Below are positions 1 through 9,712 of a stretch of DNA of 32,000 bases, piece after piece. Each line of letters starts with the position of its first letter. Position 1 is the stretch's first letter. The DNA lies in assembly GCF_043950625.1 (NCBI RefSeq), contig NZ_CP171007.1. One strand, given 5' to 3'. This DNA is from Alkanindiges sp. WGS2144. Lineage in GTDB: Bacteria; Pseudomonadota; Gammaproteobacteria; Pseudomonadales; Moraxellaceae. The notes under the pieces are model-generated. The model was given only the letters and a program-made list of their open reading frames with translations, was not told where the DNA came from and ran no database searches. The position numbers and the translations under genes are program-made.

Positions 1-3000
1 TTGCTGTAATAGCGCATGAATGGCCTGCACGGGCATACGCTGTGTGGATACCGCCAGATGAAACTCAAACTCATGAATTTGTGTGGTCAAACCGGCAAGT
101 GTGGCCTCATCCGGTAGTCTGGCATGCAGAATATGGTTAAACCAGTCAACCATTTGCTCCATCTCAACAGGCGCTTGCTTGTAGCGTTCAAGCTGGGCGT
201 AAATGGCAAAGTTCTGAAGCTTTTTTTCAAAAATTCTGGGCCACTGTTCAGGGTAAGCCGGGTTGAGCTGCTCTAAAATATGATGCAGGCAATCCCCTGC
301 ATTGGCTCCGCGAGGAAAGCGAAAACATAGCGGTAAAAGCGCAGGCTCTGCTTCAGTTTGTGCTTGTATTAAGGCAACTGGTATGGCTGCGCCGGATTTA
401 CCGTCATGCTCATCATCGTGCATTAAGGTGTCGGCAGCAGGTACGTCTTCCGGTAAGACAGAAGTCCGCCTTTGGTGGCGTGATAACTGGCTAAAGCTGG
501 TTAATCCCCAGGCATAAACCTGATGATTGGGTAAAGGCCGCGCCTGAATATCAACGCTTGTATCAACTTGCTTATAAAAAAATTGTGGGCATTCACTTAA
601 GCCATCCTGTACGGCCGTATTATCATCGGCCCAGCCATCGCGTGCAGGGGGCAGCCAGTGATATAATGCACCTTTTATTTTACCCTTGTCATCCACAGGT
701 GGCGGCGCAACAACGTATAACCGCACACTGGCGCGGGTTAGGGCCACATAAATCAGGCGGCGCAGTTCGGCCTGTTCACGCTCCTGATGCGCTTGCAGTT
801 GCACTGCATCACGGTCAGAAAATGCCAGCATGCGCTGTTGGTCTTGCTCATAAAAAATAATTTTAGACGGCGACGCACGGTTTGACTTGTCTAGCCCGGC
901 CACAAAAACAATAGGAAACTCCAGTCCCTTGGATTTGTGAATGGTCATCAGTTGCACACCCTGCTCACCCGATAAGCGGCGCTCCAGTTCCCATTCACGC
1001 TGCTGCGGCTGGCTAATTTGCCGCATTAGCCAGGCCAGTAAATGATGCTGACCCTGAATTTTTTCACTTTGCTGGTGAATAATTTCAAGCAAATGGCGTA
1101 AATTGACCACCAACCGCTCCGCATGTGGTTGTCTGGACAATTGCTGCCAGATATCAAAATGCTCACTCAATTGTTGCCATGCAGCCAGAAAACCAGCCTT
1201 ATACCAGCGCTCACCCAGCGTAAAAAACAGGCCCTGCAAACTGGCCAACTCATCAGGGTTTTGATCAAGTTCGATCAGATCACTTAAGGTTTTACCCATC
1301 ATCAGACCAGACAAGGCACGGCGTAAACGACCTTCATGATACGGTGCCAGCATGGTTTGTAATACCGCAACAAGATCTTCTGCCAAAGGACTTTGAAAAA
1401 TACTGACCCGGGAACCACGCCATACCGGCACATTGGCACGCTGCAACGCGGCCTGTACTTTGTCCAGCTGGCTGTTGGAACGGCACAACACCGCAATATG
1501 ATTGGGCGTGATGGTCTCTTGTGTTGAGTTATTTTTAAGAAATACCTGCCCCTGCTGGCTAGTTTTGAGTAGCTGAATAATTTGCCAGGCCACCTGCTCA
1601 AATTCGGTTTTTTGTTCTTCTACACACAGCAGACGCAAGGGGCGATGGTTAATATTTGGCCCGTCATGCAGCTCGGCCGTATTGCGACCACCTGCCTGCA
1701 CCGGTTGGTAATACACATTTTCGCCCAGTTCCAGTGTGAAACTAAACAAACGGTCGACCGCAGCCACCAGCGGCGCAATAGAACGCTGGTTAAATTTTAA
1801 AAAATGCTGCTGACCACCCAGTTGCATTACTTCTGTTTTAGCACGCTGATAGGTCAGCATGTCGCCACCACGGAAGCCATAAATGGCCTGCTTGGGATCA
1901 CCCACCAACACCAGGCATGAGCGAGGATTAAGCAAAGCACTGCTTTGCCCGAGCGAACGAGGAAAAAGCAGAGCATTGCTCTGCCCTGAGGCGCACCGCG
2001 CCGCAAGAAGACGAGAGCTTTGCTCGAGCGGGCGAGGATTCCGCAAGGCATTATCCGGCTTAGCCGCAACAGCTTGCCGCCAGATATGCGCAATTACACA
2101 ATCCTGATCCGCGTTGGTATCCTGAAATTCATCTACCAGTGCCACCGGATAGCGATGCTGAATATGCCGTGCCAGAGTGTGTTGTTCATCCTGTTGCAAC
2201 ACACTGGCTAGTACACGCATTTGCTGGGCAAAGGTGGTCTCGCCGCGCTCGCTTAACAGTCGGGGTAGCTCGCTACGCATATGCTGGCTGAGGAAATAAC
2301 GTAGATGCCGGTCAATTTGCTCAATGGCAGCAATCAGCTGCTCGCGTTGCCGGGCAAGCTGCTGAATAAATGCAACCACAGGGATTTTTAAAAACTGCTG
2401 TAGCGCGTCCTGATCGGCAGGCTTTTTATTAAACATGCTTTCAATCGCCAAAAAGCCTTCGAGCAAGTCAGCATATTTTTTATGTTCATTGAGTTTTAAT
2501 AAATAGCTTAAGTCGTTACTGGCAATGCTATTGAGCATCGGCATCAGCAAAGCACCATGCTTTTTAAAGCATTTTATGCCATTCAGGTTGTTATAATATG
2601 TCCCATCTTCGGCAAAAAAATCATTAAAAGGCGCAAGTAGCTCATCATCAATTTGCTTTAACTGCTGATAAAGTTCATCAAAACTTGCCCAGTCCAGCTG
2701 CGGCATGGGTTCTGGCTGCACTTGCGCTGCCAAAAAATTCAGCACAGTTTCAATACTACCGCGATAATCTTCCACCTCTTTTAACTGGTCGGCCATGACC
2801 AGTAATTCAATCAGGCGGGCGGGCTGCTGGCTGCGCCATTGACGCAGTGCATCATGCATCAACTGGTAGCACAGTTCGGCTTCCTGCTCGGTAATTTGCA
2901 GGATTTCATGCTGGCCGCTATCAAAGGCAAATTCATTTAGCAGTTTTTGGCAAAAGCTGTCCAGTGTGCCAACAAATAACTCATCAAAGCTGTCCAGTGC

Positions 3001-3390
3001 CAGTTGCAGGCGGTTTTTGGCATGGATGAGTTCATCAACATCCAGCTTTTGCACTAAATAAACCGCCAGCCAGTCCTGTTCAGCATGCACGCGGCTTAAG
3101 GTATCCGCCCGGTTTAAGATGGCCTCGTGAAACAGGCTGCGGCACTGCTCAAAGCGGCTACGAATGCGGATTTTTAGCTCAGCTGCCGCTGCACGGGTAA
3201 AGGTAGTGGCAATAATTTGCCGGGTTAGAAATTCACCTTCAACAATTAAACGCACCATTAAGGCAGACAGTGTCCAGGTTTTTCCAGTGCCTGCTGAGGC
3301 TTCAATCAGATGAATACCATTGAGTTGAAGATCAATGGCCGGAATTTCCGGAATCGGCACAGGGGCAAAGGCCTGGACTTGTGTGTTCAT
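1..3390 (-). CDS. recB: Exodeoxyribonuclease V beta subunit RecB (partial; the C-terminal nuclease part continues past the left window edge)
   Basis: Absent from the ORF track because the frame is open to base 1. Reverse translation from ATG (3390..3388) gives MNTQVQAFAPVP...IEASAGTGKTWTLSALMVRL (Walker A). It continues with VDEFQDTN (motif II, 2136..2113), VGDPKQAIYGFRGGD (motif III, 1905..1861), MTIHKSKGLEFPIVFV and RRLIYVALTRA (motifs V/VI, about 960..720). The frame stays open to base 1 (...EFEFHLAVSTQRMPVQAIHALLQQ). The start overlaps the recC stop as ATGA (3387..3390), which suggests translational coupling. Confidence 0.93.
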   Translation of the reverse strand, partial: MNTQVQAFAPVPIPEIPAIDLQLNGIHLIEASAGTGKTWTLSALMVRLIVEGEFLTRQIIATTFTRAAAAELKIRIRSRFEQCRSLFHEAILNRADTLSRVHAEQDWLAVYLVQKLDVDELIHAKNRLQLALDSFDELFVGTLDSFCQKLLNEFAFDSGQHEILQITEQEAELCYQLMHDALRQWRSQQPARLIELLVMADQLKEVEDYRGSIETVLNFLAAQVQPEPMPQLDWASFDELYQQLKQIDDELLAPFNDFFAEDGTYYNNLNGIKCFKKHGALLMPMLNSIASNDLSYLLKLNEHKKYADLLEGFLAIESMFNKKPADQDALQQFLKIPVVAFIQQLARQREQLIAAIEQIDRHLRYFLSQHMRSELPRLLSERGETTFAQQMRVLASVLQQDEQHTLARHIQHRYPVALVDEFQDTNADQDCVIAHIWRQAVAAKPDNALRNPRPLEQSSRLLAARCASGQSNALLFPRSLGQSSALLNPRSCLVLVGDPKQAIYGFRGGDMLTYQRAKTEVMQLGGQQHFLKFNQRSIAPLVAAVDRLFSFTLELGENVYYQPVQAGGRNTAELHDGPNINHRPLRLLCVEEQKTEFEQVAWQIIQLLKTSQQGQVFLKNNSTQETITPNHIAVLCRSNSQLDKVQAALQRANVPVWRGSRVSIFQSPLAEDLVAVLQTMLAPYHEGRLRRALSGLMMGKTLSDLIELDQNPDELASLQGLFFTLGERWYKAGFLAAWQQLSEHFDIWQQLSRQPHAERLVVNLRHLLEIIHQQSEKIQGQHHLLAWLMRQISQPQQREWELERRLSGEQGVQLMTIHKSKGLEFPIVFVAGLDKSNRASPSKIIFYEQDQQRMLAFSDRDAVQLQAHQEREQAELRRLIYVALTRASVRLYVVAPPPVDDKGKIKGALYHWLPPARDGWADDNTAVQDGLSECPQFFYKQVDTSVDIQARPLPNHQVYAWGLTSFSQLSRHQRRTSVLPEDVPAADTLMHDDEHDGKSGAAIPVALIQAQTEAEPALLPLCFRFPRGANAGDCLHHILEQLNPAYPEQWPRIFEKKLQNFAIYAQLERYKQAPVEMEQMVDWFNHILHARLPDEATLAGLTTQIHEFEFHLAVSTQRMPVQAIHALLQQ
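1919..2050 (-). repeat. Intragenic tandem array of degenerate ~36-nt hairpin-forming units, in frame within recB
   Basis: Plus-strand units: GAGCGAGGATTAAGCAAAGCACTGCTTTGCCC (1919..1950), GAGCGAACGAGGAAAAAGCAGAGCATTGCTCTGCCCT (1951..1987), GAGGCGCACCGCGCCGCAAGAAGACGAGAGCTTTGCTC (1988..2025) and GAGCGGGCGAGGATTCCGCAAGGCA (2026..2050). Perfect 8-bp-arm palindromes lie at 1932..1948 (GCAAAGCA-C-TGCTTTGC) and 1968..1984 (GCAGAGCA-T-TGCTCTGC). In the recB frame the array encodes the peptide repeats LGQSSALLNPRS, ASGQSNALLFPRS and PLEQSSRLLAARC. Confidence 0.8.
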
Positions 3391-6300
3391 TGGGCAAGCA
3401 CCTGTGAAAACTGTTTAATGGGCTGATACAGGCCAATAGCGTGCTGTTCCAGAAAGCTTAAAAACAGGCGACCTGAATCCTGCCCACGCAAAATGAGCTG
3501 CCAGTCCCGATGCAAGGCACAGTCCTCCTGCTCATGGGCTGGTAAAAAGCCGTAGCTGCCTTCCAGCCATTGTTTTAACAAACCATCCGGGTTTTTAATA
3601 CTTACGCTGCTGGTTTTAGCATCATAATGAATTCCTGAATTGTGCAACACCAGGTTGGGCGGCAACACCCACGGCTGACAACTGGCCTGCTGCCAGACGT
3701 CCAGCCATTGCAGCAATTGCTCACGGGCCATGCTGGCCTCTACCGGATCATAAATAAGCGTGGTGTCACTGAGCACAATGACCCGCTGCCCTATGCCGTT
3801 TTGCACATCCTGCCCGCTGGTTTTGCGCTGGATTTGCCAGGCCAGATGCTCCAGCCAGTAACGTAGCTGGCGCTGGCCTTTATGCTTGTAGGGATACTGG
3901 CTTAACCATAATGCGCAATGTTCATCCTGTGGCATTTTTGCCAGCAATTGCCACGCGGCTAGCTCAAGCAGATATTCAGATACTGGCGTTTCACCTTCAC
4001 CATAGACTTGCAAACGCTTGCGGTTACGCGCGGCCTCCAGTTGGCTTTTTTTCCAGTAAGCCATAGCCGCACTGCCCACTGGTAATACTGCTTGCAGGTG
4101 ACCATGCGCCAGTTGCTCAGGCTGTTGCTGATGCAGGGCGCGAATATGGTATTCATCCAGCTTGCTTAGGCTGAGCGGCTCAAAAATAGTCGGCAAGTCC
4201 TGCCGTGCAATTGGCTGCACCCGGGTTTCACTTAAAAAATGACTGGCGGGACGACACAACTGGCGAATAATCCGGTCCAGTGACAAGACCTGACGCTCTC
4301 TCTGCTGAGCATTAATCTGTTGCTGAAACTGATGATTAAGCCAGGTAGATACCGGAAATTGCTGCTGTAAATTACTGGCAACATTTGACCAGGTGCCTAT
4401 AAAACTGCGCGGCTGTAGCGCCTGAAAATTATTGGCTTCAAAAGGTTCCAGAGTATGGTAATGCACAATGTGCACCAGTGTAGGCTGCCCCAATGGCTCA
4501 GGTTTGAGCATGGAATCGACAAATTCGATGAGTTCCTGAAGCGTACCGGACGGTTGCCGCGGGTGGCTATCGCCCGCATCAAAGCCATTATAAAACATCC
4601 AGCAGGCGTCCTGCGCCAGTAACAAGCCATCCAGAAAAGCACCCTGCTCATCAATTTGCCGCGAACGATCTCCGCGCTGGGCGGGCATGACCGACATTAA
4701 GTCAAACGTGTTTTTATTGTCTCGCGCCGGAAACAGGCCACTGTCCAGATTGAGCATCACCACCAGCCGATACGGCAAAGGCCGCAAGGTCCCCAGACGG
4801 CTAAAGGTAATTTTTCCGGTGGGTATGGAACCGGGCGGTGCCTGTTCCAGAATTTGCCCTACTTCATCCAGCACAAAACGTAAGGGCAGATTAAGCTGTG
4901 AGCTTTGGGTTAAATCAAGGCTGGCCTGTAATTCATCCAGTGCACAGGAAACGTCCTTGCCTGCCGTGCTATGAATGACATGGGCAAAATCGGTACTCAG
5001 CTCATCACGTAGTAAGTTCAGCCAGTCCTGCAAGTTGTTATGCTGCTGCTTAAACAAATCACGTCGCGCAGCCAGGTCCTGATAGATTCTGGACAAACGG
5101 GCAATCAGCTCAAAATCCTGCCGGCCAACATCCACATAGGGTAAAATATCCGCGTGAATGGCCTGAACCGGCATGGCAATTCCCAGCATCAGGCGGTTTA
5201 GGGCAAACTGCAAGCTAAAGCGGGTGTCGCGGTCATCCTGATGCAGGGTTTGCTGTAAATGCTCCGCATCAAAACCACGCCGGAAACCAGCATCAACCAG
5301 TAACTCGCCCAGCCGCTGCACCTGTTCACGGCTTAGGCAATACAATTCCTGCACGGCTTCCAGCGCCAGCCAGTCCAGCAAATCTTCAATACTAAAACGC
5401 CCATCCAGCAAGGCATAACGGCCAATCATTGCCTGCCATAGCTGCTCGGCATCGGCCTGTGCCACGCCAGTAATATGTACTGGTAAATGCATACCCGACT
5501 GACCGGAAAATACGGTACGAATCAGTGGGGCAATTTCCAGTAAATTGGGCACAAACACCACAATATCGGCAGGCTGGCGACTGGTATCTTCACTGAGCCA
5601 CTGAATCAGCTCTTCACGTAGCACTTCCAGCTGGCGCAGCGGTGAATGACAGGCATGTATCTGAATGGATCGATCCTGCGGCAACAGGCTATGGCTGTGT
5701 TTTTCAGGCTCAACCAGATATAAAATGTCGTTTTGCAATTGCCCCAGCAAGGTGTTGGGAAAATAATCAGGAAACAGGTCAACCCATTGCCCTTCATCAT
5801 TACCGGACAGCTCAACCAGCAAGGCAAAAATATCGCGAGCCTGCTTGCCCAGCCGGGTTAACAGGGGGTGCCTGCTGTCATAAAATGCCGCAGCACGTGG
5901 ATTTTTGAGTTCAAATTGCTTGAGCCACAAGGGGTCAACGCTATCGGCCCAGTATTCCTGCGACGGGTTATAATGTAAAAACTGCACGTCAATATACTGC
6001 GCCAGCTGTTTTAAAAAGTTGAACTCTGATGGTGGTAATTGCAGGACGGTAAAAACAGTCAGGCTTTTGGGCAGTACACGACGCTTGGCTATATTTTTCT
6101 CCAGTATTTGCCAAAATCGTTCGCCAATACCCTGATATTTTATAAAATCCTCACTAAACAGGGTTTGCCACAAAAACTGCTGCCAGATTTCCATCTGGCT
6201 ATAGCGTTCCAGTAGCCATTCAGGTGTCTGTCCATCAAATTTTTTGATTTGCGGCACAATATCCAGCAACTGACCCTTACCCCATTGCCGCAGCCACTCA

Positions 6301-6758
6301 GGCCGATACAGCACATAACTGGCAAATACCTGGGCAATCTGCTCAGCCATTTTCCACAGCAGGCGCTGCTGATGTTTTGCCCGGGTTTGCAATTTTTCCA
6401 ATAAGGGTTTGAGTACTGTGCCTGCCTGCTGGTGTTGCTCAGGTGCTGCCAGTACCGCTAAAAAGTACGAAAACAAACGCCACTGAATCACCTGCCGCGC
6501 AAATGGGGCATTTTTCGGAATGTCATTGCCCAGTACCCGGCGATACAATGTCCACTGGTAGGTGCCAAAAAAATCAGTATTTAAGCGTGCGCTAATGCCC
6601 TGCTGACTGGCCAGTTGATAGCGCAACCACACCCCGACCCCATGTGAAGGCACAATCACCTGCTGCGCCTCCAGCACCCCAATCGGATGCGCTGCAAAGA
6701 AGTCCTGCATGGTAGCAAACAACAGATCAATCCGTTGGCTCTGGGTAATATTAAGCAT
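3387..6758 (-). CDS. recC: Exodeoxyribonuclease V gamma subunit RecC
   Basis: An 1123-aa ORF, the same size class as E. coli RecC (~1120 aa). The N-terminus MLNITQSQRIDLLFATMQDFF...VIVPSHGVGVWLRYQLASQQGISA parallels E. coli MLRVYHSNRLDVL...ILVQSTGMAQWLQMTLSQKFGIAA. It lies immediately upstream of, and overlaps, recB. Confidence 0.93.
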   Translation of the reverse strand: MLNITQSQRIDLLFATMQDFFAAHPIGVLEAQQVIVPSHGVGVWLRYQLASQQGISARLNTDFFGTYQWTLYRRVLGNDIPKNAPFARQVIQWRLFSYFLAVLAAPEQHQQAGTVLKPLLEKLQTRAKHQQRLLWKMAEQIAQVFASYVLYRPEWLRQWGKGQLLDIVPQIKKFDGQTPEWLLERYSQMEIWQQFLWQTLFSEDFIKYQGIGERFWQILEKNIAKRRVLPKSLTVFTVLQLPPSEFNFLKQLAQYIDVQFLHYNPSQEYWADSVDPLWLKQFELKNPRAAAFYDSRHPLLTRLGKQARDIFALLVELSGNDEGQWVDLFPDYFPNTLLGQLQNDILYLVEPEKHSHSLLPQDRSIQIHACHSPLRQLEVLREELIQWLSEDTSRQPADIVVFVPNLLEIAPLIRTVFSGQSGMHLPVHITGVAQADAEQLWQAMIGRYALLDGRFSIEDLLDWLALEAVQELYCLSREQVQRLGELLVDAGFRRGFDAEHLQQTLHQDDRDTRFSLQFALNRLMLGIAMPVQAIHADILPYVDVGRQDFELIARLSRIYQDLAARRDLFKQQHNNLQDWLNLLRDELSTDFAHVIHSTAGKDVSCALDELQASLDLTQSSQLNLPLRFVLDEVGQILEQAPPGSIPTGKITFSRLGTLRPLPYRLVVMLNLDSGLFPARDNKNTFDLMSVMPAQRGDRSRQIDEQGAFLDGLLLAQDACWMFYNGFDAGDSHPRQPSGTLQELIEFVDSMLKPEPLGQPTLVHIVHYHTLEPFEANNFQALQPRSFIGTWSNVASNLQQQFPVSTWLNHQFQQQINAQQRERQVLSLDRIIRQLCRPASHFLSETRVQPIARQDLPTIFEPLSLSKLDEYHIRALHQQQPEQLAHGHLQAVLPVGSAAMAYWKKSQLEAARNRKRLQVYGEGETPVSEYLLELAAWQLLAKMPQDEHCALWLSQYPYKHKGQRQLRYWLEHLAWQIQRKTSGQDVQNGIGQRVIVLSDTTLIYDPVEASMAREQLLQWLDVWQQASCQPWVLPPNLVLHNSGIHYDAKTSSVSIKNPDGLLKQWLEGSYGFLPAHEQEDCALHRDWQLILRGQDSGRLFLSFLEQHAIGLYQPIKQFSQVLAQ

Positions 6759-7145
6759 GTTCTTTTGTACAATACGCCCGGTTTAAAGGTAAAAGTTTAC
6801 GCTTTCATCTTAAAACATTTAGCGATCATTTGCTTTTATTCATCATTATAAAAATAGGCTTACCGCACCACAAAAACCACCAGATTTTCAGGCTATAAGA
6901 AAATGTCAGACCACAATAATTATGGGCTTAAAAGGCAACAATTTAATTTTATGAGGAAATAGCCCTGCTGTAGTTACAAAGTTTATCAGGAATACTCAAT
7001 GAAATCTTAACTTAGCCTGCTGTTTTTATGGCATTTTATTAAAGGTAAGTTGATAAAATCATATACCATCCAGATTAGTTGCTATTTATAGGTAGCAGGA
7101 TCAGGCTGAGCTGTTTTTTTATATTTTTAATGTTCTGGAGGCAAA

Positions 7146-7658
7146 ATGACAACTCGCAAAAATGCTGATGAAACCCTGATTAGTCCAGCACTGGATCTGG
7201 AGCAAATCCGCAAAGAATGCATAGAACTAGTCAAAAAACGTGCCTGGATTTCTGCCGGTGCAGCGGTAGTACCGGTACCCTTTTTAGATGTAGTCATTGA
7301 TGTCAGTATACTGAGTGTATTATTACCTAAAATCAATGCAAAATTTGGTCTGGAGCCTGAGCAAATTGCGGTATATGACCCCAAAACCCGGCAGGTACAC
7401 TGGAATGCGTTGCGTAAGCGCGGAGTTGCATTTGCCGGACTGGTTACCACACGGGCTGTTGCACGCAAAAGCCTAAGTGGGTTTGCCGGTAAAATTCTTA
7501 CCAAACAGGTGACCAAATTTGTGCCACTGGGTGGGCAAATTGTTGCTGCCTCACTGGGCTATTATATTTTAAAGAAAATTGCCCTGACTCATGTTGAGGA
7601 CAGCTATAAACTGGCCAAGCAAATGCAGAGCCAGCAACGTACATCCGCTTCCCACTAA
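7146..7658 (+). CDS. Hypothetical membrane-associated protein, DUF697-like
   Basis: A 170-aa ORF with a strong SD (GGAGG at 7136..7140) 5 nt before the ATG and its own downstream terminator. The segment AWISAGAAVVPVPFLDVVIDVSILSVLLPKINAKFGL plus the later glycine-rich hydrophobic stretch (VPLGGQIVAASLGYYILKKIA) resembles the DUF697/YcjF-type domain pattern. This is from memory and was not searched. Confidence 0.7.
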   Translation: MTTRKNADETLISPALDLEQIRKECIELVKKRAWISAGAAVVPVPFLDVVIDVSILSVLLPKINAKFGLEPEQIAVYDPKTRQVHWNALRKRGVAFAGLVTTRAVARKSLSGFAGKILTKQVTKFVPLGGQIVAASLGYYILKKIALTHVEDSYKLAKQMQSQQRTSASH

Positions 7659-7705
7659 GCCTCAATTGATACGTTAACGTAAATCGCAATATAAAACTGA
7701 TTGTT

Positions 7706-7746
7706 ACAGGATAAAGCAGCCTAATTTATCCTGTGCTGATTTTTTT
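7706..7746 (+). terminator. Rho-independent terminator after the DUF697-like gene
   Basis: Perfect 10-bp stem ACAGGATAAA (7706..7715) / TTTATCCTGT (7725..7734) with a 9-nt loop. After a 5-nt spacer comes a T7 run (7740..7746). Confidence 0.65.
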
Positions 7747-7839
7747 ACAGTAAAATAACGCAATGCTGTCTGAAAAACTTTCCAATTTAGCTTTACTTCA
7801 TTTTTACCATTTTACTTAAGAGTTATTTAAGGATCTTCC

Positions 7840-9675
7840 ATGTTTCGCTGGTTTGAGCAACGCATTAACCCTTATCCGGCAGAAAAACCTCCAATCCTGC
7901 CACAGCAGTTTTTTGCGTTTATCTGGCAAGCCAGCAAGGGAACCCGGCTGTTGGTGCTTAGCTTAACCCTGTTCACCGCCATGATCGGGATTTTTGAAGC
8001 GCTACTGTTTGCCATGATGGGCAAGCTGGTGGACTGGCTCAGCAACGTGGAACCTGCCCTGCTGTGGGAAACAGAAGGAACAAAGCTAATACTGTTGGCT
8101 GCGGTGATTGGCGGCAGTATTTTTCTGATCGGCTTGCAGTCACTGATTAAACATCAGGGCTTGCTGGGTACTTTTCCCATGCGGTTGCGCTGGAACTTTC
8201 ACCGCCAGGTGCTCAACCAGAGCCTGGGATTTTTTAGTGATGATTTTGCCGGGCGAATTGCCACCAAAGTGATGCAAACCTCCCTGGCGGTACGTGACGT
8301 ATGGATGCTCATGGCGGATATTCTGGCGTTTATGCTGGTGTATTTTGTCACCCTGAGCCTGGTGATGGGTTCATTTAGCCTGTGGATGCTGGTGCCATTT
8401 TTTGTCTGGCTCAGTTTGTATATTCTGGCTATGAGCTATTTTTTACCCCGTCTTGGCCGAGTCGCCAAAGAACAGGCCAATGCCCGCTCTACCATGGTAG
8501 GCCGGGTGACCGATGCTTATACCAACATTCAAACCGTCAAGCTGTTTTCCCATGCGGGGCGTGAAGCCAATTATGCCAGAGAATCCATGGATGATTTCCT
8601 GGTTACCGTACACAGGCAAATGCGTATGGTGACCTGGCTACAAGTGACCAATCAGTCTTTAAATGCCTTTTTGATTTTATCCACGGCGGGTGTGGCATTA
8701 TGGTTATGGTCACACTCGGCATTAGGAATTGGTGCTGTCGCTGCAACGACTGCCATGGCCTTGCGTTTAAATGGTTTTGCCCAGTGGATTATGTGGGAAA
8801 TTTCTTCCCTGTTTGAAAATATAGGTACCGTACAGGATGGTATTATCACCCTGACCAAACCACAGCTCATCGAAGACCAAGCCAATGCTAACGCTTTGCT
8901 CGTGCGACACAGTACAGTACATTTTGACCATGTCAGCTTTGCCTATAGCCCGGAAAAGCCGGTTCTTAAGCAATTAAACCTGACGATTAAGGCCGGTGAA
9001 AAAATTGGTCTGGTGGGCCGCTCTGGTGCCGGTAAATCAACATTGATTAATTTGCTGCTGCATTTTTATGAACCACAGCAGGGCCGGATTCTCATTGATG
9101 GACAGGATATCGCCCATGTCACGCAGGATAGCTTGCGTGCCAATATCGGTATGGTGACACAGGATACATCACTACTGCATCGTTCAGTGCGCGAAAATAT
9201 CCTGTATGGCCGTCCTGATGCCAGTGAAGCTGAGATGATCGCCGCAGCCAAACAAGCCGAAGCAGATGAATTTATTCAGCATTTAACCGACCCCAATGGT
9301 CGGACCGGTTATGATGCGCACGTCGGTGAGCGCGGCGTTAAACTTTCCGGTGGTCAACGTCAGCGCATTGCCATTGCCCGGGTGATGCTCAAAGATGCGC
9401 CGATCCTATTGCTGGATGAAGCCACCAGTGCACTGGATTCTGAAGTGGAAGTTGCCATTCAGCATAGTTTGTACCGCTTAATGCAGGGCAAGACTGTCAT
9501 TGCCATTGCGCACCGCTTGTCAACCATTGCGGCCATGGATCGTCTGATTGTGATGGATCAGGGACAAATTGTTGAGCAAGGCACTCACCAGGAATTACTG
9601 GCTAAAAATGGAATTTATGCAAGGCTTTGGGCACATCAAAGTGGTGGCTTTCTGCTGGACGATGACCCTGCTTAA
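7840..9675 (+). CDS. ABC transporter, fused permease/ATP-binding protein (MsbA/multidrug-exporter type)
   Basis: A 611-aa ORF. The N-terminal ~320 aa contain multiple hydrophobic helices. The C-terminal NBD has Walker A GRSGAGKST, the signature LSGGQRQR, Walker B ILLLDEATSALD and an H-loop (IAIAHRLST). SD AAGGA lies 6 nt upstream of the ATG. Confidence 0.92.
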   Translation: MFRWFEQRINPYPAEKPPILPQQFFAFIWQASKGTRLLVLSLTLFTAMIGIFEALLFAMMGKLVDWLSNVEPALLWETEGTKLILLAAVIGGSIFLIGLQSLIKHQGLLGTFPMRLRWNFHRQVLNQSLGFFSDDFAGRIATKVMQTSLAVRDVWMLMADILAFMLVYFVTLSLVMGSFSLWMLVPFFVWLSLYILAMSYFLPRLGRVAKEQANARSTMVGRVTDAYTNIQTVKLFSHAGREANYARESMDDFLVTVHRQMRMVTWLQVTNQSLNAFLILSTAGVALWLWSHSALGIGAVAATTAMALRLNGFAQWIMWEISSLFENIGTVQDGIITLTKPQLIEDQANANALLVRHSTVHFDHVSFAYSPEKPVLKQLNLTIKAGEKIGLVGRSGAGKSTLINLLLHFYEPQQGRILIDGQDIAHVTQDSLRANIGMVTQDTSLLHRSVRENILYGRPDASEAEMIAAAKQAEADEFIQHLTDPNGRTGYDAHVGERGVKLSGGQRQRIAIARVMLKDAPILLLDEATSALDSEVEVAIQHSLYRLMQGKTVIAIAHRLSTIAAMDRLIVMDQGQIVEQGTHQELLAKNGIYARLWAHQSGGFLLDDDPA

Positions 9676-9712
9676 CTCCATCACAAGGATAGAATAATAA
9701 GCGATCAATAAA

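Noticed and set aside
302-2211. ORF-track entries inside the recB region: 302..517, 558..860, 1302..1601, 1582..1800, 1854..2093, 1883..2107 and 2020..2211.
   Set aside because: All are antisense to, or out of frame with, the long minus-strand frame that carries the full ordered set of RecB helicase motifs. They are short and compositionally odd (R/S/C/A-rich). The two around 1854..2107 are by-products of the GC-rich palindromic repeat.
7127-7516. A 129-aa minus-strand ORF overlapping the DUF697-like gene.
   Set aside because: The plus-strand ORF has a GGAGG SD, a downstream terminator and a recognisable domain pattern. The minus-strand ORF has none of these.
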